64,000 nt of DNA from the human T2T-CHM13v2.0 reference genome, Homo sapiens: assembly GCF_009914755.1 (NCBI RefSeq), contig NC_060937.1; one strand, 5' to 3'. The position numbers were made by a program, and so were the translations under genes. The notes beneath the pieces are model-generated. The model saw only the letters and a list, made by a program, of their open reading frames with translations. It was not told where the DNA came from and searched no databases. Position 1 is the stretch's first letter. The number at the start of each line of letters is the position of its first letter. Below, piece after piece: positions 61,871 to 64,000 of the stretch.

Positions 61871-62826
61871 TGAACCACAACAATAAGATTTTGTTTTTAA
61901 AAAAGGCTTTGTAACCTTGTAGATGGGTATTCATAAAAGCTATGAAAAAGTTGTTGGATTTTGGAAAGAATGGAACTCAAGGGACAAAGACGAATGATTG
62001 AGGTTGAACTTGATAAGGCATATGCACAAAAATTTAAAACCAAAACTCCAAAGTTACAACTCAGGAAGCTTGAAGAAATTACAATAATGTCAACAGCATG
62101 AATCTGAAAAGCTTACAACATCTTTGTAAACAGAGAAGGGCAGGTTCAGAATAGGAATAGGTGACAAGAGCAACATTTTGTTTGGGACAGGGATGGAAGT
62201 ATGAGTGAGCAATATTTTGTTTGGTTTTCTTGTGTTTTAAGACATTGTATCTAGTCATGGTTTTTAAAGTATGAAAATACTTCTTCCATTTGAAGTACAA
62301 TCTCTAATGTAAAAGAAAAACAAATGGAGAGATGATGGCATCCTTGACTAAAACTAAAAATAATGCAGTTTAACCAGTAATAATTTAATATCCTGGTTGG
62401 AGAGATTAAGAATAAAATATAGGAAAATTCAGGAAGGTACTTCTTGCCAAGCTGAGGAATTTCTATATTGTGCTAAAGCAAATCAAGAATACTGTAATTC
62501 CATACCTTCTGAACAATAATTAGAATTGTATTTTAAAGACTAAAGCAGGAAAATGTAAAAGACTGATAAAATACAGAATGAATTTATGGATGTGAACTAA
62601 TAGGGATAATAGAAATGCAGAGAAGCAAATCCATTTGAGAGTAATCATATAAATAAAACCAAGCCAATGTTTTCTATAATTATATGTTTATATACAGAAA
62701 AGGGATAACTCAAGATTTTCTCTCAGATTTCAAAGCCAAGGAGAAGAGTGAATAATCTCAAGAGGTGAGAAGGGGTCTAGTATTTAGGGAAAAAAAAAGT
62801 TTTGGGTAGATCCTTGGGTAGACAGT

Positions 62827-63220
62827 GTAAAGACACACCCAGTCAAATTATTTCCCAACCAACTTCTTCCTTGCCTTTTACTTCAGGGAATCTATAAACC
62901 TGAAGAGGCAGTTGTAGTAGTGTTACAGTCAGTGACATGCAGGTTGAATTTTCATGGAGAGCTTCTCTTCACAATTAAGGAGGAAAATTTTCACTGAAGA
63001 ATGCACGTATGTCTCTTTTCCTTTTTCCATGTGAAATACTGACAGATGGCTGCACTGGCTCAGCCATTTTATGAAAATGAGGTGGGAAGCATGAGGAAAA
63101 TTACAAGATACCTTGTCAGACTATGCAACCAATGCAGCAGCTGCCTAGCTCCAAAATTATTGTAATATTTAAGCAATGGTATATTGGAAAATCTTTATCA
63201 TGCAGTCAAAATGTATTCTA
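62827..63220 (+). mobile_element. Ancient MaLR/ERVL LTR remnant (MLT1J/K-like)
   Basis: CAGCCATTTTATGAAAATGAGG and terminal TGCAGTCAAAATGTATTCTA resemble old MLT1 LTRs; weak match. Confidence 0.35.
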
Positions 63221-64000
63221 TTTTAGAAGAGATACCAAACACAGAAAAAAATAAATGACCATCAAATCATTTGCAAGTAGATAAAGATATACACAAATTC
63301 ATAAGATGGAAAAATATTACAGGAAAGAAAAAGTACTTTCTGGTGGCAAATGAGGAACTCTCATACAATTGAGTTATTTCTGTCTTGGTGCCATTTCAGA
63401 ATCAAGATATTATTCTGAGTAATAAATATACACAGTGAAACTGGCTAAGTCATATATGATCTTTATTAAATTGCTTTAGGTTGTATTTTCTCCAAATCTC
63501 CACAAATTGGATATCATTTTCAAATTGTATAAAAGTTACTTTGTTTGCCAAATCACATAGACAAAATGAAAGTATAACAAAATCTAAAACAGGAAAAGGT
63601 TTAAAATATTGTTCTTTAATAAATATGTTTCTATGAAGAGATACAGTAAGAATATTGAAACTTCAAGTGCTTCAAGGTTTCTATAGAAAATAGTTTAAAA
63701 ACCTAAATTCCAGCCTAGGTTTTCTACAGATAAATGAGACGCTTCATCACAACATCATTAGTGGCAATAAACACAAATTAAAAATAGAAAAATAAGATAG
63801 CCAGTAACTCAGAGAGGCAAGTTGAAATTTCATAAAGTTCCTATAACTATAAATTTTAATTGTTGCTCTAGTAAAATGTAATGTACATTTTCATCATTAT
63901 AACATTATTCTTAATTTTCATGATTTAATAAAAGCACCTCCATGCATTTGAGCACTTGAAGAATAGCGATGATAGCCACCCCCTGCCCCAAATTTTCTGT

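Overview
AT-rich, repeat-dense primate (human-like) intergenic DNA with no intact protein-coding gene. The only gene-derived feature is a processed pseudogene of the DEAD-box helicase DDX6 (~41.6-47.25 kb, +). It is intronless with 5'UTR, disrupted CDS, long 3'UTR, AATAAA and an A-tail remnant, and carries two later Alu insertions. The rest is decayed ERV1, ERVL and MaLR remnants, L1s of several ages, 12 Alus, L2/MIR, a MER6 DNA transposon, and three large AT-rich tandem arrays (6.9, 1.75 and 0.5 kb). Nearly all ORFs in the track are artefacts of these repeats. I found no new multi-gene system. Best leads: (1) an extra non-tandem CAG inside the pseudogene's DEAD motif, possibly a fossil of a NAGNAG splice isoform; (2) locally templated direct and inverted copies of nearby DNA inserted into TA-rich tracts; (3) a 69-bp palindrome and hairpin-unit minisatellites resembling fragile-site/PATRR DNA. 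Subfamily names come from recalled consensus sequences and need RepeatMasker/Dfam confirmation.
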